From an uncultured Gammaproteobacteria bacterium (lineage in GTDB: Bacteria > Pseudomonadota > Gammaproteobacteria > Burkholderiales > Burkholderiaceae_C), in contig CAMTXG010000020.1 in the NCBI GenBank assembly GCA_947085645.1, positions 79,443 to 143,442 of the forward strand: a DNA stretch of 64,000 nt, in the 5' to 3' direction. The position numbers and the translations under genes were made by a program. The notes under the pieces are model-generated. The model made no database searches. It had not been told where the DNA came from and worked only from the letters and a program-made list of their open reading frames with translations. Below are positions 41,877 to 50,991 of this stretch, piece after piece; the first letter of the stretch is position 1, and each line of letters starts with the position of its first letter.

Positions 41877-42878
41877 ATGACTCCCGCCCCCGCCGCGCTG
41901 CCCCCTTTTGACGCTGAACAGGCCCTGCGCCTGGCTCGCGAAACGTTTGATATTGAAGCCGCAGCCGTTTTGGGGCTCAAAGCCCGCGTGGGCGATTCGT
42001 TCGCGCAGGCCGTGAAGGCCATCCTCACAGTGCGCGGCCGGGTCGTGGTGATGGGCATCGGCAAAAGCGGCCACATCGGGCGCAAGATCGCCGCCACCCT
42101 GGCGTCTACCGGTACGCCCGCCATGTTCGTGCACCCCGCCGAAGCCAGCCACGGCGATCTGGGCATGATCAAGTCGATCGACCTGGTGCTGGCGCTGTCC
42201 AACAGCGGCGAGGTGGACGAAGTGACCACCCTGCTGCCCGTCATCAAGCGTTTGGGTGCCACGCTGGTGGCCATCACGGGCCGTCCGCAGTCCACCCTGG
42301 CTCGGCATGCAGACATCGTGCTCGACAGCAGTGTCGAGCGGGAGGCCTGCCCACTGCAGCTGGCGCCCACCGCCAGCACCACGGCCCAGTTGGCGCTGGG
42401 CGACGCGCTGGCGGTGGCATTGCTCGACGCACGCGGGTTCCGCCCGGAAGACTTCGCGCGTTCCCACCCCGGTGGCGCGCTGGGCCGCCGTCTGCTCACG
42501 CATGTTCGTGATGTCATGCGCTCGGGCAGCGCCATCCCGCGCGTTGCACCCGACGCATCGTTCAGCGACCTCATGCGCGAGATGAGCGCCAAGGGGCTCG
42601 GTGCCTCGGCCATCGTCGACCCTGACGGGCAGGTGCTGGGCATCTTCACCGACGGGGATCTGCGCCGCCGCATCGAAGCGGGGGCCGACCTGCGGTCCGC
42701 CACCGCTCGCGAGGTCATGCACGCCAGCCCGCGCCGCATTGCCCCAGACGCACTGGCCGTGGATGCCGCCGAAATGATGGAAGCCCACGCCATTACCAGC
42801 GTGCTGGTGGTGGACGCTGCAGGGGTTCTCTCCGGCGTGGTCCACATCGGCGACCTGATGCGGGCGAAGGTGATATGA
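41877..42878 (+). CDS. kdsD: Arabinose-5-phosphate isomerase (SIS + CBS)
   Basis: GIGKSGHIGRKIAATLASTGTP, HGDLG, APTASTT. Confidence 0.93.
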   Translation: MTPAPAALPPFDAEQALRLARETFDIEAAAVLGLKARVGDSFAQAVKAILTVRGRVVVMGIGKSGHIGRKIAATLASTGTPAMFVHPAEASHGDLGMIKSIDLVLALSNSGEVDEVTTLLPVIKRLGATLVAITGRPQSTLARHADIVLDSSVEREACPLQLAPTASTTAQLALGDALAVALLDARGFRPEDFARSHPGGALGRRLLTHVRDVMRSGSAIPRVAPDASFSDLMREMSAKGLGASAIVDPDGQVLGIFTDGDLRRRIEAGADLRSATAREVMHASPRRIAPDALAVDAAEMMEAHAITSVLVVDAAGVLSGVVHIGDLMRAKVI

Positions 42879-43423
42879 CCCTGCCTGTGCTGCAATTCCC
42901 GCCAGAGCTGCTGCTGCGCGCCCAGGGCGTGCGGGTGGCTTTCTTCGATGTGGACGGCGTGCTGACCGACGGCAGCCTGTACTTCAGCGAATCGGGCGAA
43001 ACGATCAAGCGCTTCAATACGCTCGATGGCCATGGCCTGAAGCTGCTGCAGAAGGCGGGCATCACTCCTGCTGTGATCACGGGGCGTGACTCCGCACCGC
43101 TGCGTGTGCGCCTGAAGGCTCTAGGCATTGAACATGCCGTGTTTGGCACCGAGGACAAGCGCCCGGCGGCCGAGCAGATCATGGCCACCTTGGGGCTCGA
43201 CTGGACGCATGCCGCCGCCATGGGCGACGACTGGCCGGACTTGCCGGTACTGCGCCGAAGTGCCTTTGCCTGCGCCCCCGCCAACGCGCAGACCGAGGTG
43301 CGTCATGCGGCGCACTACGTCACACAGGCCCGCGGTGGCGACGGTGCCGCGCGCGAATTGTGCGACCTGCTGCTGGTGGCCACAGGCCGCTATGCAGCGC
43401 TACTGGCGGACTACACCGCATGA
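42875..43423 (+). CDS. kdsC: KDO-8-phosphate phosphatase
   Basis: FFDVDGVLTDG, MGDDWPD, GGDGAARE. Confidence 0.93.
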   Translation: MTLPVLQFPPELLLRAQGVRVAFFDVDGVLTDGSLYFSESGETIKRFNTLDGHGLKLLQKAGITPAVITGRDSAPLRVRLKALGIEHAVFGTEDKRPAAEQIMATLGLDWTHAAAMGDDWPDLPVLRRSAFACAPANAQTEVRHAAHYVTQARGGDGAARELCDLLLVATGRYAALLADYTA

Positions 43424-44040
43424 TCCGCCGAATCCGCCAGGGCTGGGAGCAGCTTTCGCTGTATCTGCCGGTGCTGCTGATGGGCCTGCTGGCGCTGGGC
43501 ACCTGGTGGTTGGTGCGCAATGCGCCCATGCCCCAGTTACCCACCATCGAGCGGCCAAAGGGGCACGAGCCCGACTACTTCATGAAAACCTTTTCGGTGA
43601 AGAGTTTTGACGCCACGGGGCGTCTGCAGAGCGAGGTGCAGGGCGACGTGGCGCGGCACTACCCGGACACCGACACGCTGGAGATCGACAAGGCCCGCAT
43701 GCGCTCGGTCACCCCGGATGGCCGCGTCACGGTAGCCACTGCCAACCGCGCGCTGACCAACGCCGACGGCACCGAGGTGCAATTGTTCGGCAACGCCATC
43801 GTGGTGCGTGAGTCCTTGTCCGCCAAGGCCGGGGTGCCCGCGCAGCCGCGCCTGGAGTTCCGCAGCGAGTTCCTGCACGCGTTTACCAACACCGAGCGGG
43901 TCCGTTCGGACCAGCCCGTCACACTCACGCGGGGCGGTGACCGTTTCACGGCCGACAGCATGGAATACGACAACCTCGAACAGGTGATGCAGTTGCGTGG
44001 CCGTGTGCGGGGTGTGCTCATGCCGGGCACCACCAAATAG
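43420..44040 (+). CDS. lptC: LPS export protein LptC
   Basis: N-terminal TM segment, EPDYFM, HYPDTDTLEI; follows kdsC. Confidence 0.85.
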   Translation: MIRRIRQGWEQLSLYLPVLLMGLLALGTWWLVRNAPMPQLPTIERPKGHEPDYFMKTFSVKSFDATGRLQSEVQGDVARHYPDTDTLEIDKARMRSVTPDGRVTVATANRALTNADGTEVQLFGNAIVVRESLSAKAGVPAQPRLEFRSEFLHAFTNTERVRSDQPVTLTRGGDRFTADSMEYDNLEQVMQLRGRVRGVLMPGTTK

Positions 44041-44048
44041 GAGCCCGC

Positions 44049-44831
44049 ATGGCAACTCCCCTTGTCTTCATCACCGGAGCGTCCAGCGGCATCGGCCAGG
44101 CGTTGGCCCTGCGCTTTCACAAGGCGGGCTACAGGCTTGCGCTGGTCGCCCGCCGCACTTCTGAGGTAAAAACATGGGCTGGCGCTCAAGGGATAAGCGC
44201 TGATAGCTATGAAATTTATAGTGCAGACGTGGCCATCACCGACAGCATCATTGCTGCGGGCCGCGACTGCATGGCGCGCCAGGGCCTGCCGGATGTTGTC
44301 ATAGCGAACGCCGGCATCAGCGTGGGCATGGACACGGCGGTGCGGGACGACATCGACGTGATGGCCCGCACCTTTGCCACCAACAACATCGGCATGGCCG
44401 CCACCTTTCAGCCCTTTGTGGATGGCATGGCGCAGCGGCGCAGCGGAACGCTGGTGGGCATCGGGAGCGTGGCCGGTATCCGCGGCCTGCCCGGGCATGG
44501 CGCCTATTGCGCGAGCAAGGCGGCCGTTATTAGCTACTGCGAGAGCCTGCGCGGCGAAATGCGGCCGTATGGGGTGCAGGTGGTCACCATCTCTCCGGGG
44601 TACATCGACACGCCGCTGACCCAACAGAATCGCTACAGCATGCCGTTTCTGATGCAGGCCAGCGATTTTGCAGACCGGGCTTTTAACGCCATTGCCTCGG
44701 GGGTGAGCTACCGGGTGATTCCCTGGCAGATGGGCGTGGTGGCCAAGCTGCTGCGCTTGATCCCCAATCCGCTGTTTGACAAACTTCTGGCGGGCCGCCC
44801 CCGCAAACGCCGCCAGACCGAAGTGCAGTAA
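44049..44831 (+). CDS. SDR-family oxidoreductase
   Basis: ITGASSGIG, NAG, YCASK. Confidence 0.92.
   Translation: MATPLVFITGASSGIGQALALRFHKAGYRLALVARRTSEVKTWAGAQGISADSYEIYSADVAITDSIIAAGRDCMARQGLPDVVIANAGISVGMDTAVRDDIDVMARTFATNNIGMAATFQPFVDGMAQRRSGTLVGIGSVAGIRGLPGHGAYCASKAAVISYCESLRGEMRPYGVQVVTISPGYIDTPLTQQNRYSMPFLMQASDFADRAFNAIASGVSYRVIPWQMGVVAKLLRLIPNPLFDKLLAGRPRKRRQTEVQ
44165..44224. repeat. Repeat family A, copy 9, in-frame inside the SDR gene
   Basis: gaggtaaaaacatgggctggcgctcaagggataagcgctgatagctatgaaatttatagt; closely matches copy 12. Confidence 0.8.
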
Positions 44832-44902
44832 ACCGCGTCTGGCTCACCGGGCAACTGCTGGGTCAAGGTTGAGGGTTTGATGGCGCCTTTGCTGTCGGCA
44901 TG

Positions 44903-44924
44903 AAAAAAGCCCCCGAAGGGGCTT
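44903..44924 (-). terminator. Intrinsic terminator after RRM gene A
   Basis: aagcccc/ggggctt hairpin with a U-tract on the minus strand. Confidence 0.75.
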
Positions 44925-44947
44925 CACTAAACTGTTGGTGGCGTGGT

Positions 44948-45487
44948 TCAGTAGCCGTTGCCGCCACCCCCGTAACCACCGCCGCCGCCATTGCGGCCAC
45001 CGCCACCACCGCCGCCGTTGCGAGAGCCCGAACCGTAAGGGCTGCGGAACCCGCCTTCGCTGCGGCCACCGCCGCCGCCATAGCCGCCACCCCCCCCATC
45101 ACGGCCTCCTCCACCGCCTCCGTAGCCACCGCCGCCGCCTTCACGACCACCACCGTAGCCGCCACCACCACTGCGGCCACCGCCGCCGCCGTAGCCGCCT
45201 CCACCGCCGCCAAACCCACCACTGCGGGGGGGGCGGGGCTCCATGGGCCGGGCTTCGTTGACGACAATGCTGCGGCCGCCCAGAGGCTGCCCGTTCATGC
45301 CGTTGATTGCGGCCTGGGCTTCAGCGTCATTGCCCATTTCCACAAAACCAAAACCTTTGGAGCGACCCGTGTCGCGTTCCATCATGACCTTGGCGCTGGT
45401 CACAGCGCCAAATTGACCGAAGGCCTGTTCCAGATCGCTGTCGCGCACCGAGTACGGCAGGTTGCCAACGTACAGTTTGTTGCCCAT
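44948..45487 (-). CDS. RRM RNA-binding protein A with Gly-rich tail
   Basis: KLYVGNL (RNP2), KGFGFVEM (RNP1), GGGGYGG repeats. Confidence 0.93.
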   Translation of the reverse strand: MGNKLYVGNLPYSVRDSDLEQAFGQFGAVTSAKVMMERDTGRSKGFGFVEMGNDAEAQAAINGMNGQPLGGRSIVVNEARPMEPRPPRSGGFGGGGGGYGGGGGRSGGGGYGGGREGGGGGYGGGGGGRDGGGGGYGGGGGRSEGGFRSPYGSGSRNGGGGGGGRNGGGGGYGGGGNGY

Positions 45488-45687
45488 TGAGGGACTCCTC
45501 AAAAACACATGGATAAAGCGATGGAGTCCCGAAAACGCAGCCAGCTAATCTCAATGACGCTCTCAGCGAAACTGACGGATCACCGCAAACTTGGAAGGCG
45601 GGGAAGCCCGCCAACCCATTATGCGCCACACTTTTGCAGAAAAAGCAAGCGGTAATGCGCGCTGTGGCAGAGATACCTCGCAGGCAT

Positions 45688-45717
45688 GAAAAAAGGAGCC
45701 CGAAGGCTCCTTGTTTT
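45688..45717. terminator. Bidirectional-looking terminator between the RRM genes
   Basis: aaaaaaggagcc-cgaa-ggctccttgtttt. Confidence 0.75.
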
Positions 45718-45755
45718 GCCGTCAGCAGACTGCAAAGTCTGCCGATGAGGTCTTT

Positions 45756-46154
45756 TTAGTAGCTACTACGGCCACCGCCGTAACCACCACCACCACCGCC
45801 GCCGCTACGGCCGCCGCCACCACCGTAGCCGCCACCGCCGCCGCCACCGTAGCCGCCACCACCACCACCGCCGCCGCCGAAGCCACCGCTGCGAGGAGCA
45901 CGGGGCTCCATAGGACGGGCTTCATTGACCACGAGGTCACGGCCGCCGAAATTGGTGCCATGCACGCCTTGAATGGCGGCTTGGGCTTCAGCGTCGCTGC
46001 CCATTTCGACAAAGCCGAAACCCTTGGAGCGGCCGGTGTCACGTTCCATCATGACCTTGGCGCTGCCGACCGAGCCGTACTGGCTGAAGGTCTGTTGCAG
46101 GTCTTCGTCGCGGAAAGAATAGGGCAGGTTGCCCACGTAAAGTTTGTTGCCCAT
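45756..46154 (-). CDS. RRM RNA-binding protein B with Gly-rich tail
   Basis: KLYVGNL, KGFGFVEM; tandem paralogue of A. Confidence 0.93.
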   Translation of the reverse strand: MGNKLYVGNLPYSFRDEDLQQTFSQYGSVGSAKVMMERDTGRSKGFGFVEMGSDAEAQAAIQGVHGTNFGGRDLVVNEARPMEPRAPRSGGFGGGGGGGGGYGGGGGGGYGGGGGRSGGGGGGGYGGGRSSY

Positions 46155-46404
46155 GAAGGACTCCTGAAAAAACATGAAAACGCGATGGAGCCCGACGCAA
46201 TCAACAAACCTGTGACGACTTCAAAGACGCGAAACTGACCATTCACCGCTAAGCTAACTGCTCTCCTGCAAGCAGAAAAGCGAAGTCATTATTAATCACT
46301 TTACGTACCCCGTGGGTGTTTATTTCGCTGCCGGAACCTGTTTGGCAGCGAAATTGCGTGGTTTTTAGGGTGAAAGCCCGGGCAAACCATAGGGTAAAAT
46401 GCGC

Positions 46405-46520
46405 GGGTCTTTGGGGAGTAGCCCGCCCGGCCGCGCAATGCGCCGGGGGCATGCGTCAACACACTTGGGTTGTTACAACCTATGGCGTATGCGGTTTTAG
46501 AGCTGGGCGAGACCATTGAC
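46405..46520 (+). ncRNA. yybP-ykoY (Mn2+) riboswitch
   Basis: GGGGAGTAGC...CGTCAACA...GGCGAGACC hallmark blocks upstream of a UPF0016 gene; TAAAAT -10-like at 46395-46400. Confidence 0.88.
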
Positions 46521-46600
46521 TGCATGCCGATCCATAGGCCGGAGTCGGGGTGCAGTCAATGCGTTTTCCACCCATCCGGCCGGATAGGACCCCCCACCCC

Positions 46601-47167
46601 ATGGAAGCTTTTTTTGTTTCAACTGCTATCGTCGCGCTCGCCGAGATGGGTGACAAGACGCAGTTGTTGGCTCTGGTGCTTGCCGCGCGATTTCGCAAAC
46701 CTTGGCCGATTGTGTTCGGCATTCTCGTAGCCACGCTGGTTAACCACGCTTTGGCGGGTGCTGTGGGCGAATGGGTCACCACGTTTGTGGGCCCGCAGGC
46801 GCTGCGCTGGATATTGGCCGCTTCATTCATTGCTATGGCCGTGTGGATGCTGATACCTGACAAGCTCGACGAGGGCGATGCGGTAGGTACGCCACGCTGG
46901 GGGGTGTTTGGTACCACCGTGGTCGCATTCTTCCTGGCCGAGATGGGCGACAAGACCCAGATCGCCACCGTCATGCTCGCGGCCCAGTACAACGCCTATT
47001 TCTGGGTGGTGGCGGGCACCACACTCGGCATGATGATCGCCAACGCGCCGGTGGTGTGGCTGGGCGAGCGCATCACGCGCCGCGTGCCCATTCGCGCCGT
47101 CCATGTGGTCTCGGCGGTGATTTTTTTGGTGCTGGGGATGGTGGCGATCTTCACGCCCGCCGGGTGA
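46601..47167 (+). CDS. TMEM165/GDT1 (UPF0016) Mn2+/Ca2+ exporter
   Basis: Two EMGDKTQ motifs. Confidence 0.93.
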   Translation: MEAFFVSTAIVALAEMGDKTQLLALVLAARFRKPWPIVFGILVATLVNHALAGAVGEWVTTFVGPQALRWILAASFIAMAVWMLIPDKLDEGDAVGTPRWGVFGTTVVAFFLAEMGDKTQIATVMLAAQYNAYFWVVAGTTLGMMIANAPVVWLGERITRRVPIRAVHVVSAVIFLVLGMVAIFTPAG

Positions 47168-47199
47168 GCAGCAGCGGCCGTTTTGGTATATTTGCCAGA

Positions 47200-47250
47200 C
47201 GCGCCGATTTGCCACAGCTTGCGGGCGCTTTATAAATCCTGCTAAAGACC
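47200..47250 (+). ncRNA. SAM-II riboswitch
   Basis: cgcgccgattt...gcttgcgggcgctttataaatcctgctaaag matches the SAM-II pattern; upstream of metX. Confidence 0.82.
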
Positions 47251-47265
47251 CGTCCGACACATCTG

Positions 47266-47299
47266 CCCGGCCTCGTTTTTAGCGACGCCGGGTTTTTTT
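47266..47299 (+). terminator. Terminator-like hairpin directly before the metX ATG
   Basis: cccggc...gccggg stem followed by ttttttt and then ATG. Confidence 0.65.
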
Positions 47300-48505
47300 A
47301 TGTCGTTTTTTGCCACGCCCCAGACCATGCATTTTCCGGAGGTGCTGCCGCTGCAAAGCGGCGCAACCATCCGCGCCTTTGACCTGGCGTACGAGACCTA
47401 CGGCACGCTCAATGCCGACCGCTCGAACGCCGTGCTCGTGTGCCACGCCCTCAATGCCTCGCACCACGTCGCGGGCGTCTACGCCGGGCAGGACAAGAGC
47501 GAGGGCTGGTGGGACAACATGATCGGCCCCGGCAAGCCGGTGGACACCGACCGATTCTTCGTGATTGGCGTGAACAACCTGGGCTCTTGCTTTGGCTCCA
47601 CCGGTCCCATGCATAACCACCCCGATACGGGCGAGGTCTATGGCGCGGACTTCCCGGTGGTCACGGTGGAGGACTGGGTCAACGCCCAGGCCCGCCTGCT
47701 CGACCGGCTGGGCATTGCGCAACTGGCCGCCGTGCTGGGCGGTAGCCTCGGCGGCATGCAGGCCCTGTCGTGGACGCTGCAGTACCCTGACCGCGTGCGC
47801 CACGCCGTGGTGGTGGCTAGCGCGCCCAACCTCACGGCCGAGAACATCGCCTTCAATGAGGTGGCCCGCCGCGCCATCGTGACCGACCCGGACTTCCACG
47901 GCGGCCACTTCTACCGCCATGGCGTGATCCCCAAGCGGGGCCTGCGCATTGCCCGCATGATCGGCCACATCACGTACCTGTCCGACGACGTGATGAACGA
48001 GAAGTTCGGACGCAGTCTGCGTGCCCCCACGCTCCCCGCTTCGCGTGGTTCGCTGCCCCCCGAGGGGGCTGGTCCGGCTCGGGGCGGCCCAGCGCCGGAC
48101 CTCCGCGATTACCTGTACAGCACCCAGGACATCGAGTTTCAGATCGAAAGCTACCTGCGCTACCAGGGCGACAAGTTCAGCGACTACTTCGACGCCAACA
48201 CCTATTTGCTGATCACCCGCGCGCTCGATTACTTTGACCCCGCGCGTGCCCACGCGGGCAACCTCACGTGCGCCCTGGCCCGCGCGCAGGCCAGGTTCCT
48301 GCTGGTGAGCTTCACTACAGACTGGCGCTTTTCACCCAAGCGCAGCCGCGAGATCGTGAAGGCCTTGCTCGACAACCGGCGCAGCGTGAGCTATGCCGAG
48401 ATCGACGCGCCCCATGGGCACGATGCCTTTTTGCTCGATGACGCCCGGTACATGGGCGTCATGCGCTCTTACTTCGATAGCATCGCCAAGGAGTTGCAAC
48501 CATGA
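47300..48505 (+). CDS. metX: Homoserine O-acyltransferase
   Basis: [35 protein letters not shown]. Confidence 0.95.
   Translation: MSFFATPQTMHFPEVLPLQSGATIRAFDLAYETYGTLNADRSNAVLVCHALNASHHVAGVYAGQDKSEGWWDNMIGPGKPVDTDRFFVIGVNNLGSCFGSTGPMHNHPDTGEVYGADFPVVTVEDWVNAQARLLDRLGIAQLAAVLGGSLGGMQALSWTLQYPDRVRHAVVVASAPNLTAENIAFNEVARRAIVTDPDFHGGHFYRHGVIPKRGLRIARMIGHITYLSDDVMNEKFGRSLRAPTLPASRGSLPPEGAGPARGGPAPDLRDYLYSTQDIEFQIESYLRYQGDKFSDYFDANTYLLITRALDYFDPARAHAGNLTCALARAQARFLLVSFTTDWRFSPKRSREIVKALLDNRRSVSYAEIDAPHGHDAFLLDDARYMGVMRSYFDSIAKELQP
48023..48101. repeat. Palindromic REP-like element (family B-related) in-frame in metX
   Basis: cccccacgctccccgcttcgcgtggttcgctgccccccgagggggctggtccggc...gccggacc; hairpins gccccc/gggggc and ggtccggc/gccggacc. 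Confidence 0.75.
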
Positions 48506-49086
48506 CCGAAAAAGCGGCGATGCAGGCCTTGGCGCGCCTGGTGCCCCCCGGCTCGCGCGTGCTCGACCTGGGCTGTGGCAACGGCGCCATGCTCGACTAC
48601 CTGCAGCGCGAGCGCGGCTGCAGCGGCTATGGCGTGGAGATAGCCGACGCCAACGTGCTGGCCTGCGTGCAGCGCGGGGTGGATGTGATCCAGCTCAACC
48701 TCGACGAGGGGCTGGCCATGTTCGACGACAACTCGTTCGACGTGGTGCTGCAGATCGACACGCTGCAGCACCTGCGCAATGCCGAAACCATGCTGCGCGA
48801 GACGGCGCGTGTGGGCCGCACGGGCGTGGTGGCGTTTCCCAACTTTGCGCACTGGCCCAACCGGCTTTCCATTCTGCGTGGGCGCATGCCTGTGACGCGG
48901 CGCCTGCCGTATCAGTGGTACGACACCCCCAACATCCGCGTGGGCACCTACAAAGACTTCGAAGTGCTGGCCACCAAGAACAGCCTGCGCATCCTGGATT
49001 CCTTCGGGTTGCAGGACGGGCAAGAGGTGCGTTGGCTGCCCAACGCACGCGCGGGCACGGCGGTCTTCCACTTCGAACACGCGTAG
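48502..49086 (+). CDS. metW: Methionine biosynthesis protein MetW
   Basis: [16 protein letters not shown]; coupled to metX. Confidence 0.93.
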   Translation: MTEKAAMQALARLVPPGSRVLDLGCGNGAMLDYLQRERGCSGYGVEIADANVLACVQRGVDVIQLNLDEGLAMFDDNSFDVVLQIDTLQHLRNAETMLRETARVGRTGVVAFPNFAHWPNRLSILRGRMPVTRRLPYQWYDTPNIRVGTYKDFEVLATKNSLRILDSFGLQDGQEVRWLPNARAGTAVFHFEHA

Positions 49087-49169
49087 CGCTTAACGGCGCG
49101 TACGCTGCGGCGACACGCCGCTGTCAACTGCATCGGCTAAGGTGCGGACTCTGTTTGTAGGAGACCCGC

Positions 49170-50300
49170 ATGATCCGCATTTCCTTGCGCGCCGTGACTG
49201 CCGCCGCGCTGCTCACCACCTGGGCGCTGGGTGCCGTGGCCCAGGCCTGGCCGCCCACCCCCACCGTCATCGCCCACCGGGGCGCATCGGCCCTGCGGCC
49301 CGAGCACACGCTCGCCGCTTACCAGCAGGCCATTGACGACGGCGCCGACATCATTGAGCCCGACCTGGTGATCACCAAAGACGGCGTGCTGGTGGCGCGG
49401 CATGAGAACGCCATTGCCATCCTCAACGCCGACGGTTCGGTGAAAGAAGCGACGACGGACGTGGTGGACCGCCCCGAGTTCGCTGGCCGCAAATCCACCA
49501 AGACCATCGACGGCAAGCCCATCACTGGCTGGTTCACCGAAGACTTCACCCTGGCCGAGCTGAAAACCCTGCGCGCCCGCGAGCGCATCCCCGCGCAGCG
49601 CCCGGCCAACGTGGCGTACAACGGCCGGTTCGAGGTGCCCACGCTGCAGGAGGTGATCGACCTGGCCAAGGCGGCGACTGCGAAAACCGGCCGCGTGATC
49701 GGCATCTACCCCGAGACCAAACACCCCACCTACTTCCAGTCCATCGGCCTGCCGCTGGAAGCGCCGCTGCTGGCGGCGCTGGAGAAGAACGGCTGGAACC
49801 ACAAGGACGCGCCCGTGTTCGTGCAGTCGTTCGAGGTCAGCAACCTGCAGGCGATGCGCAAGCTCAGCAGCGTGCGCCTGGTGCAACTGGTCGCGCCCTC
49901 GGGCCGGCCGTATGACTTTGTGGCGCAGGGCGCGGCCAACACGCGCGCTTATGCCGACCTGATCACCCCCGAAGGCCTCAAGCAGGTGGCCACCTATGCC
50001 AATGCCATCGGCCCCTTCAAGACGCTGGTGGTGCCGGTCAAGGACGGCGTTCCCGGCGAGCCCACGACGCTGGTGGCGCGAGCCCGCGCCGAAGGCCTGG
50101 CCCTTCACATCTGGACGCTGCGGCCTGAAAACGCCTTCTTGCCCGCAGGCCTGAAGAAAGCACCGACCACCGATGGCACGGTGCGGGGTGACAGCGTGGG
50201 CGAGATCACGGCTTACCTGCGCGCAGGCATCGACGGCTTCTTTACCGACGACCCCGCCGTGGGCCGCGCGGCCGTTCAAGCGTTCACGGCGACGAAGTGA
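49170..50300 (+). CDS. Exported glycerophosphodiester phosphodiesterase
   Basis: Signal peptide; IAHRGAS, PEHTL, IEPDLV, YPETKHP. Confidence 0.92.
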   Translation: MIRISLRAVTAAALLTTWALGAVAQAWPPTPTVIAHRGASALRPEHTLAAYQQAIDDGADIIEPDLVITKDGVLVARHENAIAILNADGSVKEATTDVVDRPEFAGRKSTKTIDGKPITGWFTEDFTLAELKTLRARERIPAQRPANVAYNGRFEVPTLQEVIDLAKAATAKTGRVIGIYPETKHPTYFQSIGLPLEAPLLAALEKNGWNHKDAPVFVQSFEVSNLQAMRKLSSVRLVQLVAPSGRPYDFVAQGAANTRAYADLITPEGLKQVATYANAIGPFKTLVVPVKDGVPGEPTTLVARARAEGLALHIWTLRPENAFLPAGLKKAPTTDGTVRGDSVGEITAYLRAGIDGFFTDDPAVGRAAVQAFTATK

Positions 50301-50919
50301 CGGGCGCCGGGCGCGACTTGCCCGGCGTGGCGCGCGTGCCCTGGCGCTGCCCCAGTTGCCGCGCCTTCTCCACCCACTGCGCCAGCCGCTCGGCGCTGGC
50401 GCTGCGCACCGGGCCAAAGCTGTGCACCTGCACGGGGCTGATGCCGCAAAACTCCAGGATCGCCTTCTTCATCTGGTGGTGCCCCGGCATGCGCGTGACC
50501 CAGCGGAAGTACCACGGCGGCGAGTCCATGGTCACCAACAGTTCGGCCGATCGGCCGGCCAGCAGCTTGTCCCACAGTGATGAGCCCTTGCGGTACTTGA
50601 AGGCGTAACCCGGCAGCAGCACACGGTCGATAAAACCCTTGAGCAGCGCGGGCATGGCGCCCCACCAGATGGGGTAGACCCACACCAGATGGTGCGCCCA
50701 GGTGATGTCGGCCTGCGCGGCCAGCAAGTCAGGCTCCAGCGGCTGGGCAGCGCCGTAGCCCTGAAACAGCGGGTTGAACGCAAGCTGCCCCACGTCCAGA
50801 AACCGCACCTTGGCCCCTGCTTGTTGCGCGCCGTCGGCATACGCGCGTGCCATGCCAGCGCACAGGCTGTCGGCTGCGGGGTGGCCCAGGATGACCAGAA
50901 TATTGTGTTGCTCTGCCAC
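50284..50919 (-). CDS. NAD(P)H-dependent oxidoreductase (flavodoxin-like fold)
   Basis: ILGHP, YPIWWGAMPALLKGFIDR; GTG start. Confidence 0.9.
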   Translation of the reverse strand: MAEQHNILVILGHPAADSLCAGMARAYADGAQQAGAKVRFLDVGQLAFNPLFQGYGAAQPLEPDLLAAQADITWAHHLVWVYPIWWGAMPALLKGFIDRVLLPGYAFKYRKGSSLWDKLLAGRSAELLVTMDSPPWYFRWVTRMPGHHQMKKAILEFCGISPVQVHSFGPVRSASAERLAQWVEKARQLGQRQGTRATPGKSRPAPVTSSP

Positions 50920-50991
50920 AGACGCTCCATCACGGTGTTGTTGAAGGCGCCATGGTCACCTTGCCCCACGGGGCAGAGTCAAGCGGTCCGC

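Noticed and set aside
41751-42845. 365-aa N-terminal extension of the CPA2 ORF
   Set aside because: It is the antisense of kdsD; the antiporter begins at 41750.
44950-45900. Dense ccgccgccacc/gtagcc repeats as an array
   Set aside because: They encode the Gly/Tyr-rich tails of the two RRM proteins and have no repeat-spacer structure.
46378-46400. GGGCAAACCAT resembling the start of a c-di-GMP-I riboswitch
   Set aside because: The following GAAA tetraloop and GGACGCAAAG elements are missing; the region is better explained as the promoter of the Mn riboswitch.
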